Positions 51,552-62,982 of a DNA stretch of 64,000 nucleotides are shown in pieces. The position numbers and the translations under genes were made by a program. Origin of the DNA: Azolla caroliniana (lineage: Eukaryota; Plantae; Polypodiophyta); assembly GCA_043228905.1 (NCBI GenBank), contig JBHGNT010000011.1:8184001-8248000 (forward strand), read 5' to 3'. The notes under the pieces are model-generated. The model ran no database searches, had not been told where the DNA came from, and saw nothing but the letters and a program-made list of their open reading frames with translations. How positions within the stretch are numbered: position 1 is the first letter of the stretch; each line of letters opens with the position of its first letter.

Positions 51552-52782
51552 TGTCGTGAAGATTTTCGGCAATAGTGTGAAAATCCCATAAAACGTACAA
51601 AATTGAGTATGAATCACATAATACAATAATTGTGAAGATAACATTTTAAATACATTTAATATCTAAGTACAAAATGATGGAAGTTTCGAATGCACTTTAT
51701 TACACGAGAAACAGACAACTAAATGTCAAGATATGAGGGTATAAAGTTTGTGAAAGGAAAAGAGAAAATTGTGAGATATCCCACATAGGCACGACAAATA
51801 CGGCTCTCATCATATATAAGGTAGAGCAAAAGATATTATCTTTGTGTCTATGTGTGGAGCATAGAGTGGAGGTGGGCTAGCTACTCGTAAAGGGTTTTGG
51901 CCAACCAAAACCGGACCGGCGATAGAGCCGGTGATCCGGCGCCAGTGAGACACCGACATCCGATGGCAATCCAGCGACGGCGAGGTGGCGGCATCCGATG
52001 ATGGAATCCGGCGGCAATCTGGTGACGGCGAGGTGACGTATCCGGCGACGACGAGGTGGCGGCATCCGGTGACGGCATCCGGCGCCAGTGAGACGACGGC
52101 ATCCGACGACATCCGGCTGCGGCACCAGTATCCGGTGGCGAGGCACCGGTAACAGACGGCATCCGGCGGCATCCGACGAACCGGCGTCCGGTGACTAGAT
52201 AAATAAATATATAAATATATATACATATATACATATAGACATATACAAGGAGGGCAAGTAAGATTTCGAACCTTGCACCTCCGAGTTAGGAGTCAATTAA
52301 CTTACCATTAAGCCATGCCATTTAGTTGAATTTATATTTCTATCATTGTACTTTTACGTGTAAATTCTCATACATGAGAGCTAAAATGAGTGACATGGTT
52401 ATCATGCACCACATGTAATACATAAGCGCCAAATGGCAAGCATGCATTTTATGCATGTCTTGTACCCTCACATGCATCATATGCATGAGAGCATCTATAA
52501 AAGAAGGAAGGGGGAGGAGGAAAAACGCGTTTTGTTTTGATGAAATTAAGAAGAAGAAATTCGTTATCAAATTGATCGTGTAACTTGTTTCTTAAATCTA
52601 AAGTTAAAAGTTCAATCAATCTCTCTCAATTGTGTAATCTCAACTTCTCTCTTTCCCAATCTATTTTAAGTACTTTCTCGCTAAAGCTTGCGCCAAAGCT
52701 TGTACCGACTTTGAATCCTTCCGGTCCAGAACCCCGGCGGTTCCGCCTCACGATCCGCGCGTAGTGACGGATCTTCACGACA
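51552..52782 (+). repeat. 5' LTR of gypsy C
   Basis: Direct repeat of 58605-59777; GC-rich GGCATCCGGC microrepeats at about 51915-52195. Confidence 0.92.
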
Positions 52783-52843
52783 TAATTAAGTGGTGAACCT
52801 GACGTGAAAGAGGCGGTAGAAAGGATCAAGTCAAGATTAATAC

Positions 52844-55047
52844 TTGGAGATGACGTCCTCAAGCAACCAAGCGGGAGAGCTCGAAAGGATGATGCTAATC
52901 GTCGAGCAAATGATGAGATCTCGGGACAACGACGCGAGCGTGGAGAAGGTTGTCGATCAAGTAGTAGAGCTCGAGGGCCAATTCTATGGAAGGAACGTTA
53001 CGAAGTTCCTTGATGCATATAGAAGGGAGATGAATCAGAGGGACGTGTCCGAGGCACGTCAAATCGCAAGCTTCAAGAGAGTTGTCACCAACAACATCCA
53101 AAGATGTGTCATCGAGCTTCAAGAAGGTAAGACAACATGGTCTGAGTTTGAGAAAACGACACTAGCGGAGTTTGTGACTGAAGACTCAACGAGGATGACT
53201 CGACATGCCCTGATGAAGTGGATAGAGAAGAAGAATAAGAAGATGAGCGTCTGGAGGGTGTACGACGAATTCGACCAAATGTTTAGTCGTCTCCCCAATA
53301 TGGACCAAGTGTTGCTTGAAGAGGACAAGACTTTGTACTTCTTGAAGGCCGTGGACATAAAGGATAGATGGGAGTTGGGGACTCTTCTCAAAGATGATAC
53401 CCAAGCAAATGGGTTCGTAGCGGACTGGATCGCGTTGAAGCGGTTATGCAATAGGCTCGACAAGCGTTGCCAATGGGTTGATGACACCGACTTGACGGGA
53501 TCGACTACCACGGAGAAAGCAAGACCGCCGAAAGTAGCTAAGCCGCCAAGACAAAGTAACGTGGAAGAAAAGAAGATTGATGACGACATCATTGAAGAGC
53601 TAGCGAAGAAGTTCGAGAAGGTCACCCTAGCCAACATGAATCATCGGGGCCCTAAAGGAAAAGAACCCTTTAGATGCGTGTGGTGCGATAGCATGGACCA
53701 CATGAGAAGGGATTGTGCGAGCCTTCGAGAGGCGATTCGACAAAATATCGTATACATAGAGGACAACATGATCTGCTCAAGCGAGACTAGAAAACCCCTA
53801 CGGGTGAATTTCGGAAGAGGAGGAATGAAGAAATCTATGGAGGATGCCAATGCGACTCATGTGGATGCGATGCACTATGTTGCGTCGGCCGGAATAAGAG
53901 TCGGGAAAGACAAGACTGAAGCTGCTAGAGCGGGAGCAAAGTTTTGGACTTCCGTTCTCGAATATGAGAAGAAGGGAAAAGTCACATCAAACGAGGTAGA
54001 GCTTGCGGACCGAAGTGTGCAAAGCATAACCGGGTGGTCGGATCCAGTGGACGACAACACCATACTCGCAGAGGTGATGTGCGACAACCACGACGTGTTC
54101 GTCAAAGAAAAGAGAAAGAGAATAGAAGAGCAAGGCCCATCAAAAAGACATGAAACAAGTAACGGGAAAAAGAAGGACGATGCGGAGATGAATCGACCTT
54201 TACAAACGGAGGAACGAGAATCAAGCCGAAAAGGGGGGCCGAGCATACGAGTTGAAGAAACGGTTCGGCCCGTGAAGGTTGGTGTCGAAGACCCCGCTCG
54301 GAGGACAAGGACTATACCTACCTATAAGCTAAGGTCGGACATAGAGCAGACGACGAACCTAAAGAAGATTCTCGAAGAACGAGTTCTTGATAGCCACATA
54401 ACTTTGTCCTTGAGGGAATTGCTTGGCATTACGAAGGAGTTCCATGACACGATCATGGACCTTGTAAAGAGAAAGAGACAACAATCGGACGTGGAAGAAG
54501 AGAAGCCACAAAAAGCAAAAACGAATGCCATAACGATGGCAAGAGACGAAATCGATGAAGATATGGTGGACAGCCACTACACTCGACCTCATTGGGCACG
54601 AGCGACAACGGAGACGCCGGTGAAGATCGGGGAGAAGAAAGAGACCGGGTGGTAGCCTTGATCGACCACGGCTCGGAGATTAACCTCATGTCAACCGATT
54701 TCTACAAAAAAGGAAGGTGGCCAATCAATACAAACCACGGATGGAAGATTCGCGCGGCAACAAAGTCTACGGAGGACTTGTACGGAGCTTGTCCCAATAT
54801 CAAAGTCACGATCGGGGGTGTAGAGATGGATCAACACTTCTTCGTACAAGAATCGGCGTCACATCCTGTCATCCTAGGGCAACCTTATATCACATCATCT
54901 CGGATGGAGACCAAAGTGTTCGATAATGAAGCAGCCTTCGCACGAATAAAGAGTCTTGACAACCAAAGTTTGGTCCAATTCCTAACGGTGCGAGCCAATC
55001 ATGAAAGGAATCGAGATAGTCTCGGAGGCGAATCCTCGGATTTTTAG
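52844..55047 (+). pseudogene. Gypsy C gag-protease (one frameshift near 54650)
   Basis: ORF 52844-54655 (CVWCDSMDHMRRDC) and ORF 54592-55047 (ALIDHGSEINLM...ILGQPY). Confidence 0.88.
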
Positions 55048-55112
55048 AGCAGACTATTGAAGCATGGGGCACAAATAGTCCAAGCAATCAAAAGACCCCA
55101 CAAGAAAGAAGA

Positions 55113-58100
55113 GTGCGTGGATTGCGAGGGGAAGCAACATGTGTCACACCTAGTGGCGCATGTAAACTAGTACTACCCGACAAGAAGCACAAGCACCGGA
55201 TACAAGAATTCGAGAAGATGCTGAAAGAAGAAAACATAATAGAAGAAGGAGAGTTCGTGACTCATATTATGGAAGAAGCCTCATTTAACGACACCATCGG
55301 TGAAATCGAGGACGTCGTGGACTTGAGCTATCTTCACAACCAACGCATGATTTCGGTTAACTCCGTCAACATGTACGCTATCATCGATGAATACCATCGT
55401 GGCATCTCGATGAAGGAAGCTGACATCAACACAAAATATAAAACGGTGGATAAGAAGATCAAGCCAGTTGCGGTTCCGCTACTAGAAGATAGCTGGCAAA
55501 AGATGAAGGAAGTCGCTAATGATGCAAGCTTAAGAGATCCGAAGAAGATAGGTCATGTCTTCACCAAAGAGACGAAGGGAAAACTATGAGTTGGAAAGGA
55601 GGATTTCCTTCTCCCTGAAGAGGAGCGAATGTTTCGCGATATGCTTGAGAGACATGGGAAGGATTTCGCATTCTTCCCACGAGAAATCGGATGCGCCGAC
55701 CCAAAGGTTATAGAGCCGATGGTGATCTTCACGGTGCCTCATGTGCCTTGGAATTTGAAACCGATACCAGTTCCGAGAGCACACCTTCCGAAGCTGATCG
55801 AGCTCTTAAAGGAGAAGGTGAGTATGGGAATTCTAGAACCGTCGAATGCTCCTTATTCCAATAGGTGGTTCACGGTGCCGAAGAAGAATGGATCATTGCG
55901 ATTCATCCAAGATCTTCAACCCGTCAACAAGGTGACAATTCGAAATGCCGGAATCGGTCTGAGCGTGGACGAATTTGCCGAAGCGTTTGCGGGCCGGTCC
56001 ATCTACTCCATTGGCGATCTCTACTCCGGATATGACCAATTCCAATTGGCGATCGACGGTCGGGACATTACAACCATGAGGACTCCGATCGGGCTTGTGC
56101 GGATGTGTACCTTACCCCAAGGCGCAACGAACTCGATGGCTCATATGGTGAATGCCATGAATAAAGTCTTGAAGGATTGCATCCCGGACATCACGATGCC
56201 ATTCTTGGATGATATTCCGATAAAAGGATGTTCGGATGAAGAGAAAGATGAATTGAAAGATAAGGAAGGTTGTAGAAAGTTCGTTGCGGATCATATGAAA
56301 GATTGCGAGAAGGTGCTTCAAAGGCTCGAAGATGCAAATTTGACATTTTCGGGAGAAAAATCCGCATTCGGGCAACCGGAGATCTTGGTGGTAGGTCACT
56401 TGTTTGGAGCATACGGCCGGAAGCCCTCGCCATCCAAAGTGAATGCAATCCAAGACATGAAAGAAGAATGCGAAAACCAAACGGAGGTTCAAAGGTTCCT
56501 TGGAGCGTGCGCGTTTTATCATATATGGATTCCTCACTACGCTCATGTCGCCGAACCGTTATATGGACTACTAAAGAAAAGAATGAAGTTCGAATGGCGA
56601 GACGAGCTCACAAATGCGATGCGAAGATTAAAGAAACTGCTTCTTGAAGCTCCGGCACTAAGGAAGGCCAACTATGCCGAAGGGAAATCAATTTATGTGA
56701 CCGTAGATACGAGCCCAACCAGAATCGGGTGGGTCATCAATCAAGAAGGTGAAGATAATGTGCAATATGCCGTCCGGTTCGGAGCAAAGGTTCTCAGTGA
56801 ACGGCAACAAAGATATGCCCAAGTCAAGCGGGAACTTTGGAGTATTGTGTCGGCAGTGAAGACGGACAAAGATTACCTGATCGGGTCAGAAGTGATAATA
56901 GAGACAGATTGTCTCCCAATTCTCGGAATGGTCTCGGGATGTGCGACCCCAGATCTTGCTATGCTAAGGTGGATCGCCTACATCAAGTCTTTAAACCCAG
57001 AGATCCGTCACATTGCAGGGAAGAAGAACGCCATGGCTGACATGCTGTCGAGGGCAAGATTTTCAAATGGAACTAACATGGTTTCAGAAGATGAAGATGT
57101 CACCCTCGACTTCTTCAAGATGGCTCCATTGTCGGCGGAAGACCAGGACACGCAAACCCTCCACGCCTTCAACAAGAACGAGTACGAAGGAGAGTGGTTA
57201 CTCATCGGTAGATTCCTAAGAACATTGACGACAGATCCTTCGTTGACAAAGGAGGAGTCCCTACGAATCCGAAAGAAAGCTTACCGATACTTCTTGAAGG
57301 GAGGATTCCTTTGGCGACATCCAAAAAGAAGGACAGGAATACCACGTCGAGTGGTCGTAAAGAAAGAAGAGCAAGAGACGCTGATGACCGAATTCCACGA
57401 GAGTGCTTGGGCAGGTCATAGAGGAACATGGGAGACATTCGAAAAGTTGAAGGAGAAGTACTGGTGGCCAACCATGTACAAAGATGTACTCCATTTCGTG
57501 TCCACATGCGAAACTTGCCAAATATATTCAAATACACGTCATCGTGATGAGTTACAGCCGACATACCCACTCACCATACACTTCAAATGGATGGTGGATT
57601 TGGTCTCAATGCCAATGGGAGTGGGACAAATGAAGTACTTAGCGCTGGCAAGGGAAGACTTAACAAATCAAGTGGAAGGACGAGCCTTGACAAATAAGAC
57701 GACTTCAACCGTTTGCAAATTTCTACTTGAAGAGGTTGTTTGCCGATATGGATGTGTAGGGAAGATAGTGGTCGACCGAGGGGAGTTGGACGCGCACGAA
57801 GCGACGGAGCTCTTCGAAAGACTAGGCATGAAGCTCTCCCTCACGACTGCCTACAATCCGGAAGCGAATGGGAAGATCGAGCGAGGGCATGGACCTATCG
57901 TTAAAGCCATCGTACGGGCATGCAACGGTCGAGTCGGGAATTGGCCACGACTATTACCCTATGCCTTGTGGGCCGATAGAACGACACATAGCTCGGTGAT
58001 AGGGTATATGCCGACGGAGCTTATGTATGGACAAAAGCCGATTATGCCCATCAAAAGGACGATCGCCTCATGGGTAGCGATACCGTGGGAGAACGAGATG

Positions 58101-58532
58101 AGCCGAGAAGAGTTATTAGCGGCGCGGATAAGGCAACTTGAAAGAAGACCTGAAGATTTAGAGAAATCGTGAAAGATGATGGAGGCAGCCCGAGTAAAGA
58201 ACAAAGTTCGGTTCGACAACACGCATCGACTTCGTCCCAAGAAGATTGAAGAAGGGGATTGGGTTTTGGTTTACGACAGCACCCTTGACAATCAACACAG
58301 TACAACAAGGAAGTTCGCAAGAAGATGGTTCCGGTCGTATGTGGTGACAAGTGCCAACGATAATGCCACATACCACCTTGCGGAACTAGACGGATCAAGG
58401 TTGGCCGTACCCATTGCGGGAAAAAGAGTAAAGATTTTCAAGAAAAGACAAGACAAGGATCCTGACCTCGATTACCTCGATGATGAACATAATAGGGCGG
58501 ATGTAAATGAAGACATGGAGGAATCTAATTGA
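55113..58532 (+). pseudogene. Gypsy C pol (RT, RNase H, integrase) with two in-frame stops
   Basis: ORFs 55113-55589, 55629-58172 and 58176-58532 lie in one frame; MPFLDD, VDTSP, HHCC zinc finger and DDE integrase. Confidence 0.92.
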
Positions 58533-58604
58533 TCGCCATAGCCGAAATCTCACTTTCTCCCTTCTTGGCACGTACCGGAGGACGTGCGGTTTGGTGGGGG
58601 TGGA

Positions 58605-59777
58605 TGTCGTGAAGATTTTCGGCAATAGTGTGAAAATCCCATAAAACGTACAAAATCGAGTATGAATCACATAATACAATAATTGTGAAGATAACATTTT
58701 AAATAAATTTAATATCTAAGTACAAAATGATGGAGGTTTCGAATGCACTTTATTACACGAGAAACGGACAACTAAATGTCAAGATATGAGGGTATAAAGT
58801 TTGTGAAAGGAAAAGAGAAAATTGTGAGATATCCCACATAGGCACGACAAATACGGCTCTCATCATATATAAGGTAGAGCAAAAGATATTATCTTTGTGT
58901 CTATGTGTGGAGCATAGAGTGGAGGTGGGCTAGCTACTCGTAAAGGGTTTCGGCCAACCAAAACCGGACTGGCGATGGAGCTGGTGATCTGGCGGCATCC
59001 GGCGCTGGTGAGACGACGGCATCCGACGGCAATCCGACAACGGCGAGGCACCGGTAACCGACGGCATCCGGCGCCGGTGAGACGACGGCATCCGGCGAGG
59101 CACCGGTAATCGACGACATCTGGCGGCGGCACCGGTATCTGGTGACGGCATCCGGCGGCGATGAGACGACGGCATCCGGCGAGGCACTGGTAACCGACGA
59201 ACCGGCGTCCGGTGACTAGATAAATAAATATATACATATACAAGGAGGGCAAGTAAGGATTCGAACCTTGCACCTCCGAGTTAGGAGTCAATTGGCTTAC
59301 CATTAAGCCACACCATTTAGTTAAATTTATATTTCTATCATTGTACTTTTACATGTAAATTCTCATACATGAGAGCTAAAATGAGTGACATGGTTATCAT
59401 ACACCACATGTAATACCTAAGCGCCAAATGGCAAGCATGCATTTTATGCATGTCTTGTACACTCACATGCATCATATGCATGAGAGCATCTATAAAAGAA
59501 GGAAGGGGGAGGAGAAAAAACACATTTTGTTTTGATGAAATTAAGAAGAAGAAATTCGTTATCAAATTGATCGTGTAACTTGTTTCTTAAATCTAAAGTT
59601 AAAAGTTCAATCAATCTCTCTCAATTGTGTAATCTCAACTTCTCTCTTTCCCAATCTATCTTAAGTACTTTCTCGCTAAAGCTTGCACCAAAGCTTGTAC
59701 CGACTTTTAATCCTTCCGGTCCAGAACCCCAGCGGTTCCGCCTCTCGATCCGCGCATAGTGACGGATCTTCACGACA
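58605..59777 (+). repeat. 3' LTR of gypsy C
   Basis: Direct repeat of 51552-52782. Confidence 0.92.
59247..59315 (-). other. tRNA-like module with Pol III A and B boxes inside the LTR (copies at 52252-52320, 34475-34540 and 41207-41273)
   Basis: Minus strand reads TGGCTTAATGGTAAGCC...GCAAGGTTCGAATCCTTAC. D-arm and T-arm stems can fold, but there is no convincing acceptor stem. Confidence 0.6.
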
Positions 59778-62040
59778 ACGTAAAGTGTACCTTTCTAAAG
59801 ATCAACTAGTAAAGGAATCTTGTGGGGATAAAATTTTAAAAAAGATTTACAAAGCTCACAAAACCTTATTGTCACCATGAGGCCTTATATACAAGGCGAT
59901 GTAACTCTAAGGGAGCCTTTTCCCTCCCCGTGAAGGCCCCAAAAAGGGCATCTAAAGTGCAATCCAGACCAGCAAAAAAGAAGACCACTAAAATGTCAGA
60001 CTCTGACTCATCAAGCTCAAACGAAGATGGGGACAGTAGGGGGACGTCGGGTGCTGAGCTAGCATCTGGTGTGTTGTCATCCGAGCAGAATAAGATACGG
60101 AGAGAGTTAATGCAGCATAAACTAGTGAGAAAAGGGCAAGTGTTTAATTTGCCTATAACACACATCCATCGGCCTCCAATAGATGAAAAAACTAGATGAA
60201 GACCACTTGAGATCAGAGAGCCACACCGAATGCATGTTCAGAATCTCAAGAAAAAAATGAAAATAAATTTGCATGCTACAGTTGTGCCTTTCATTGTGAT
60301 GGTAGATCCCGAAGAATTTTCCACAACTGAGGAGTTCAACGTAAGAAAGCATGATCAATACAATTACTTTGTAATTGGTGGATCACATTCGGCTGAGGCA
60401 TGCCGACAACTTGTTAGAGAGCACCCAATGACTTTCTTCTTCAAGTATGCCGAGTGCAAAATATACATGGGCCTCACAACTGAAGAGGCAAAGCTTTTGG
60501 CATGGAACCACAAGAACGACAATGACTATAGGCAAAAAATGTCATCTATTGAACGGATAAGGTTCTTCTACCATGAATACTTGGACGTCAAACAAAAGTT
60601 TGGTGTGAAGCTACACCCCGGCCTACGAAGTCAATGCCTTCATGAGGTCGGCATTGTGGTGGACGATAATGTTTAAGTCGGATGGTCTTCGGAAATATGA
60701 GTCCTGGTTTCAACTTGCCTTTAGAGATGGAGAAGTATGGGACCTACAAGATCAAATCTTGTCAATGTGGGAGAATAAGGAGGTCAAGGGTCGACGACAA
60801 AAGAAATGTAAGGTAGACCCTCAACTAGAATTAAAGTCACAAGCGGCCAAGAAAATTGATTTGACAATTGAAGAAGCGGTTGGCGACATGAAGCTGTCTC
60901 TGTGGAGAGTGATGCAAGGTATTAAGGACGAGCAACTTCTTGTGTTTGTTTTGTCAAGGGTTGTGGTGAAAGATTGAAGCCTTGAAGAAATGGTCACTGA
61001 GTTCAATAAGTAAGTCTTTCAAATAGTGATATTGAATTCAATATGATGCAATTGAAAGTTCTAATCTCGTTTTCTAATTTCACAGTCATAAGGTGTACAT
61101 GAAGATCCAAGAAGTTATGATGAAACAACTTGGATGTATAACTTGGGAACAAGTGATCGAGAATTATCCTGTAACGTCTTCATATAAGGTGTTATCCGAG
61201 TATTTTATTGCATTCAAGCATTGGTGTTTTTCATTAAGTTTTCCTCATATGTAGAGGTTGTGTAATAATACTTGATGTCTTATTGCTTCTATGAGAAACC
61301 ATGTTGTAGCAAGAAACAAGGAGAAGTTAAGGATATACACGATTTCCCGACATCCTTCCTTGCACATCTCGAGAGAGCCAGAAAAGAAAAGGATCGTCGC
61401 TTAGTCAAGGCATACAAAATTGAGGAAGATGGCTCCTCCAAAAAATTTATCCACAAAAAGGATATTACGAGAGATCTTTACTCCAACATGATTTGCGGTG
61501 AAGTCATTGACATGATACAAAAACTCCCAAAGAAGGAATATATGCTAATGATTGCTGATATTCCATACGGATTTCGAATGGCAGGGTCATCATACGATGA
61601 TGAACCGTTTAGGTTCAAATAGTTAGAGAAGATGGTCAAGGATTTTGCGGAGCTAACGACTGCATCCTTGTGGAGGATAGTTGTCTTTCATAGTATAGAC
61701 CAAGGGTACTCGGTAGCTCAAGCTTTGAGATCTCGTTGCCATGGCATCGAGAACCTTGCATGGTAAGGATTATTTATAAGTCTCATTCACTATATTGCCT
61801 TTCTTAAGATTGTTCAATCTATTCTTAACTCGATGCAATATTTGTTATAGGAATAAAAGCCAATGTTAATAGAGGGCCAACCTTTCGGTTCATAAATGCC
61901 ATTGAATACATTACGATTGGCTACTTCGATGAAATAAAGAAACAAAGAATCAAGGAGCATTCTAATGAAGTCGGAGGTTCAAATCTGCTCGTATATCCAG
62001 CAATGACAGGGAAATTGCGACATGTCACCACGACTGAACA

Positions 62041-62542
62041 AGGAAATTGGAGATATTGTCTAAACAAAGCATACATTCAGAATTGGGAGTATCACACTCT
62101 GAATGATAAGGAAGTAGTTGATGGAGAAACATGGCAGAATGTTGACTTCACATATGAGGGACTTGGAGATACTTTGAGTGATGTCTTGAACATTGGGGAT
62201 AACTTCGCTGTAAATGCTGAAAAAGGCAATTCAGAGGGTGCTGATTTCTATATATTGAAGTGCACGGTTAGTAAACAGTGTGCAAGGCAGAATATTGTAG
62301 ATACATGGGGAAATTATGTATCTGCCGGGACATTCTACATCGAAGGCATTTTTTATACAAAACTAGATGACTACGAATATGTGTACAGGCTGTTAGAAGA
62401 CAAACCAGCAGCGTACATGTACTCTCATTTGGTCAGGTGCATCAACGTCCCAATATCAGAATACAATAGTTGCTCAGGTTTATACACTGTTGGTGCTAAT
62501 GTGTATGAATGTATTTACAATAGTATGCCATGGAATTTGTAG
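62041..62542 (+). pseudogene. C-terminal part of a second, probably transposase-related protein fused in frame after a deletion
   Basis: GNWRYCLNKAYIQNWEY...IGDNFAVNAEKGNSEGADFYILKC...WGN...YSHLV resembles tails of plant DNA-transposon proteins and is unrelated to an MTase fold. Confidence 0.45.
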
Positions 62543-62982
62543 CTACAAGTAGCACTTACCATGTTCTCTTGTAAAACAAACATGTATTTTACGAAAATAG
62601 TTAAATAAATTCGTTTGAGAATCAATTTCTTGTATACAGTCTACTTTCTGTGCTTCTTTCTCAATAAAATCATGTCTTTTTTGTTAAGCTTTAAGTTATA
62701 AGTTATAGCGAAATAGTCATCAGTAGCTAATTAGCTGTACAAATGCAGTTAATTAGTTGTCAATAGCTAAATAGTCATCAATAGCATGAAATCAACAATC
62801 TGCAACATATTCCTCAAATTACACAGTAGATAAGTACAGTGGGAACAAGTAATTAAATTCTTCATTGAATAATGTCATCTCTTTACATATTTATAAATTA
62901 CCACTGGAAATGTCTACAAATCTCCTATAAACAGCTAAGCTCTTGCTAGTCAATGGAACGAGTCTACATATATTATCGCATA

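Larger units (their letters stand above)
51552..59777 (+). mobile_element. Ty3/gypsy element C (tRNA-Trp primed), full length, best-preserved copy
   Basis: LTRs 51552-52782 and 58605-59777, TSD ACGT (51548-51551 and 59778-59781), PBS at 52791-52808, PPT GGTGGGGGTGGA. Confidence 0.95.
50345..62040 (+). pseudogene. Spliced gene: ParB-like domain fused to a beta-class N6A/N4C DNA methyltransferase domain, split by gypsy C and 3'-truncated
   Basis: Inferred exons 50345-50409, 51143-51551 joined to 59782-61009, 61086-61223, 61310-61762 and 61851-about 62040, all GT-AG. ParB-like: IREPHRMHVQNLKKKM...PFIVMV...YFVIGGSHSAEA. MTase: MICGEVIDMIQKLPKKEYMLMIADIPYG, then W.K.NV...FINAIEYITIGY. Several stops and small frameshifts. 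Confidence 0.7.

Noticed and set aside
51810-52234. Arg/Pro/Cys-rich ORFs in the gypsy C LTRs (also 58863-59303)
   Set aside because: They derive from GC-rich microrepeats and are not conserved in sequence between the two LTRs.
59247-59315. Functional tRNA gene
   Set aside because: There is no convincing acceptor stem and the anticodon stem is weak, so it is reported only as a tRNA-like module.
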